DNA from: Octopus bimaculoides
Taxonomy: Eukaryota
Assembly (NCBI RefSeq): GCF_001194135.2
Contig: NC_068987.1
Coordinates: 17,685,418 to 17,722,899 of the forward strand
Reading direction: 5' to 3'
DNA: 37,482 bases
In this document: positions 37,006 to 37,482 of the stretch, piece by piece
Numbering within the stretch: the first letter of the stretch is position 1
How the letters are laid out: each line of letters opens with the position of its first letter
The notes under the pieces: generated by a model
Database searches by the model: none
The model's input: only the letters and a program-made list of their open reading frames with translations
Told to the model about the DNA's origin: nothing
Made by a program: the position numbers and the translations under genes

Positions 37006-37439
37006 ATTATTATTATTTTCTGCAAATATCTTTCGAAATCTGCCATATAAAACGTCAATCACATCAATTTTTAGGTAAATACATTTTGTTACCCCTACTC
37101 TAGGATGAACTTATCCATTCATATTGAATTCCTTCCTAGTTGTGTCTAGATTGCTTACTTAGATTTTGTACAGTCCGCAAAAGTTGCTAAGTATCTAATT
37201 AACGATACTACCCGAGTATTTACAGCCTGTATGGGTTTTTGTGACTCTAGACGCGCGTCTGTTATGTATGGATGTGTGTCTCCATATGTGTCCTTGTGTG
37301 AAGTGTGCGTGTGTGTATATGGTCATATGTTTCAGTCTTCATTTGCGTAGGTATGTGTGTATGTATGCTTATCTGTTCATATTACCTATGTATCTGTCTA
37401 TCTGTAAGTCTATCTCTTTACATTCATATCCATTTACTT

Positions 37440-37448
37440 ACATATATA

Positions 37449-37482
<34 letters not shown>
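37440..37482. repeat. (AT)n microsatellite
   Basis: Direct reading. Confidence 0.97.

Overview
AT-rich, microsatellite-saturated animal genomic DNA with seven assembly gaps. The repeat families are recognised from memory as those of Octopus (a gapped draft such as O. bimaculoides); this is inference, not a database result. No protein-coding gene could be recognised, and nearly all long ORFs in the track are artefacts of N-gaps or simple repeats. The window reads as intronic/intergenic transposon debris: about 20 tRNA-derived SINE copies from three families, a full-length degenerate Hsmar1-like mariner with TIRs and TA duplication (13764-15046), a Penelope-like (Neptune-type GIY-YIG) remnant, CR1-like, two RTE-like and one R4/Dong-like LINE 3' fragments. 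Most interesting: two structurally intact minimal hammerhead ribozyme motifs in non-coding Penelope-type repeats, with different stems but the same core, plus a degenerate third; an 88-bp near-perfect palindrome inserted in the R4 endonuclease region; a tight +/-/+ SINE cluster able to form long dsRNA; modular head/tail swapping among SINEs; and two speculative coding hypotheses (signal-peptide plus poly-Asp ORF; a phase-compatible 4-exon orphan model).
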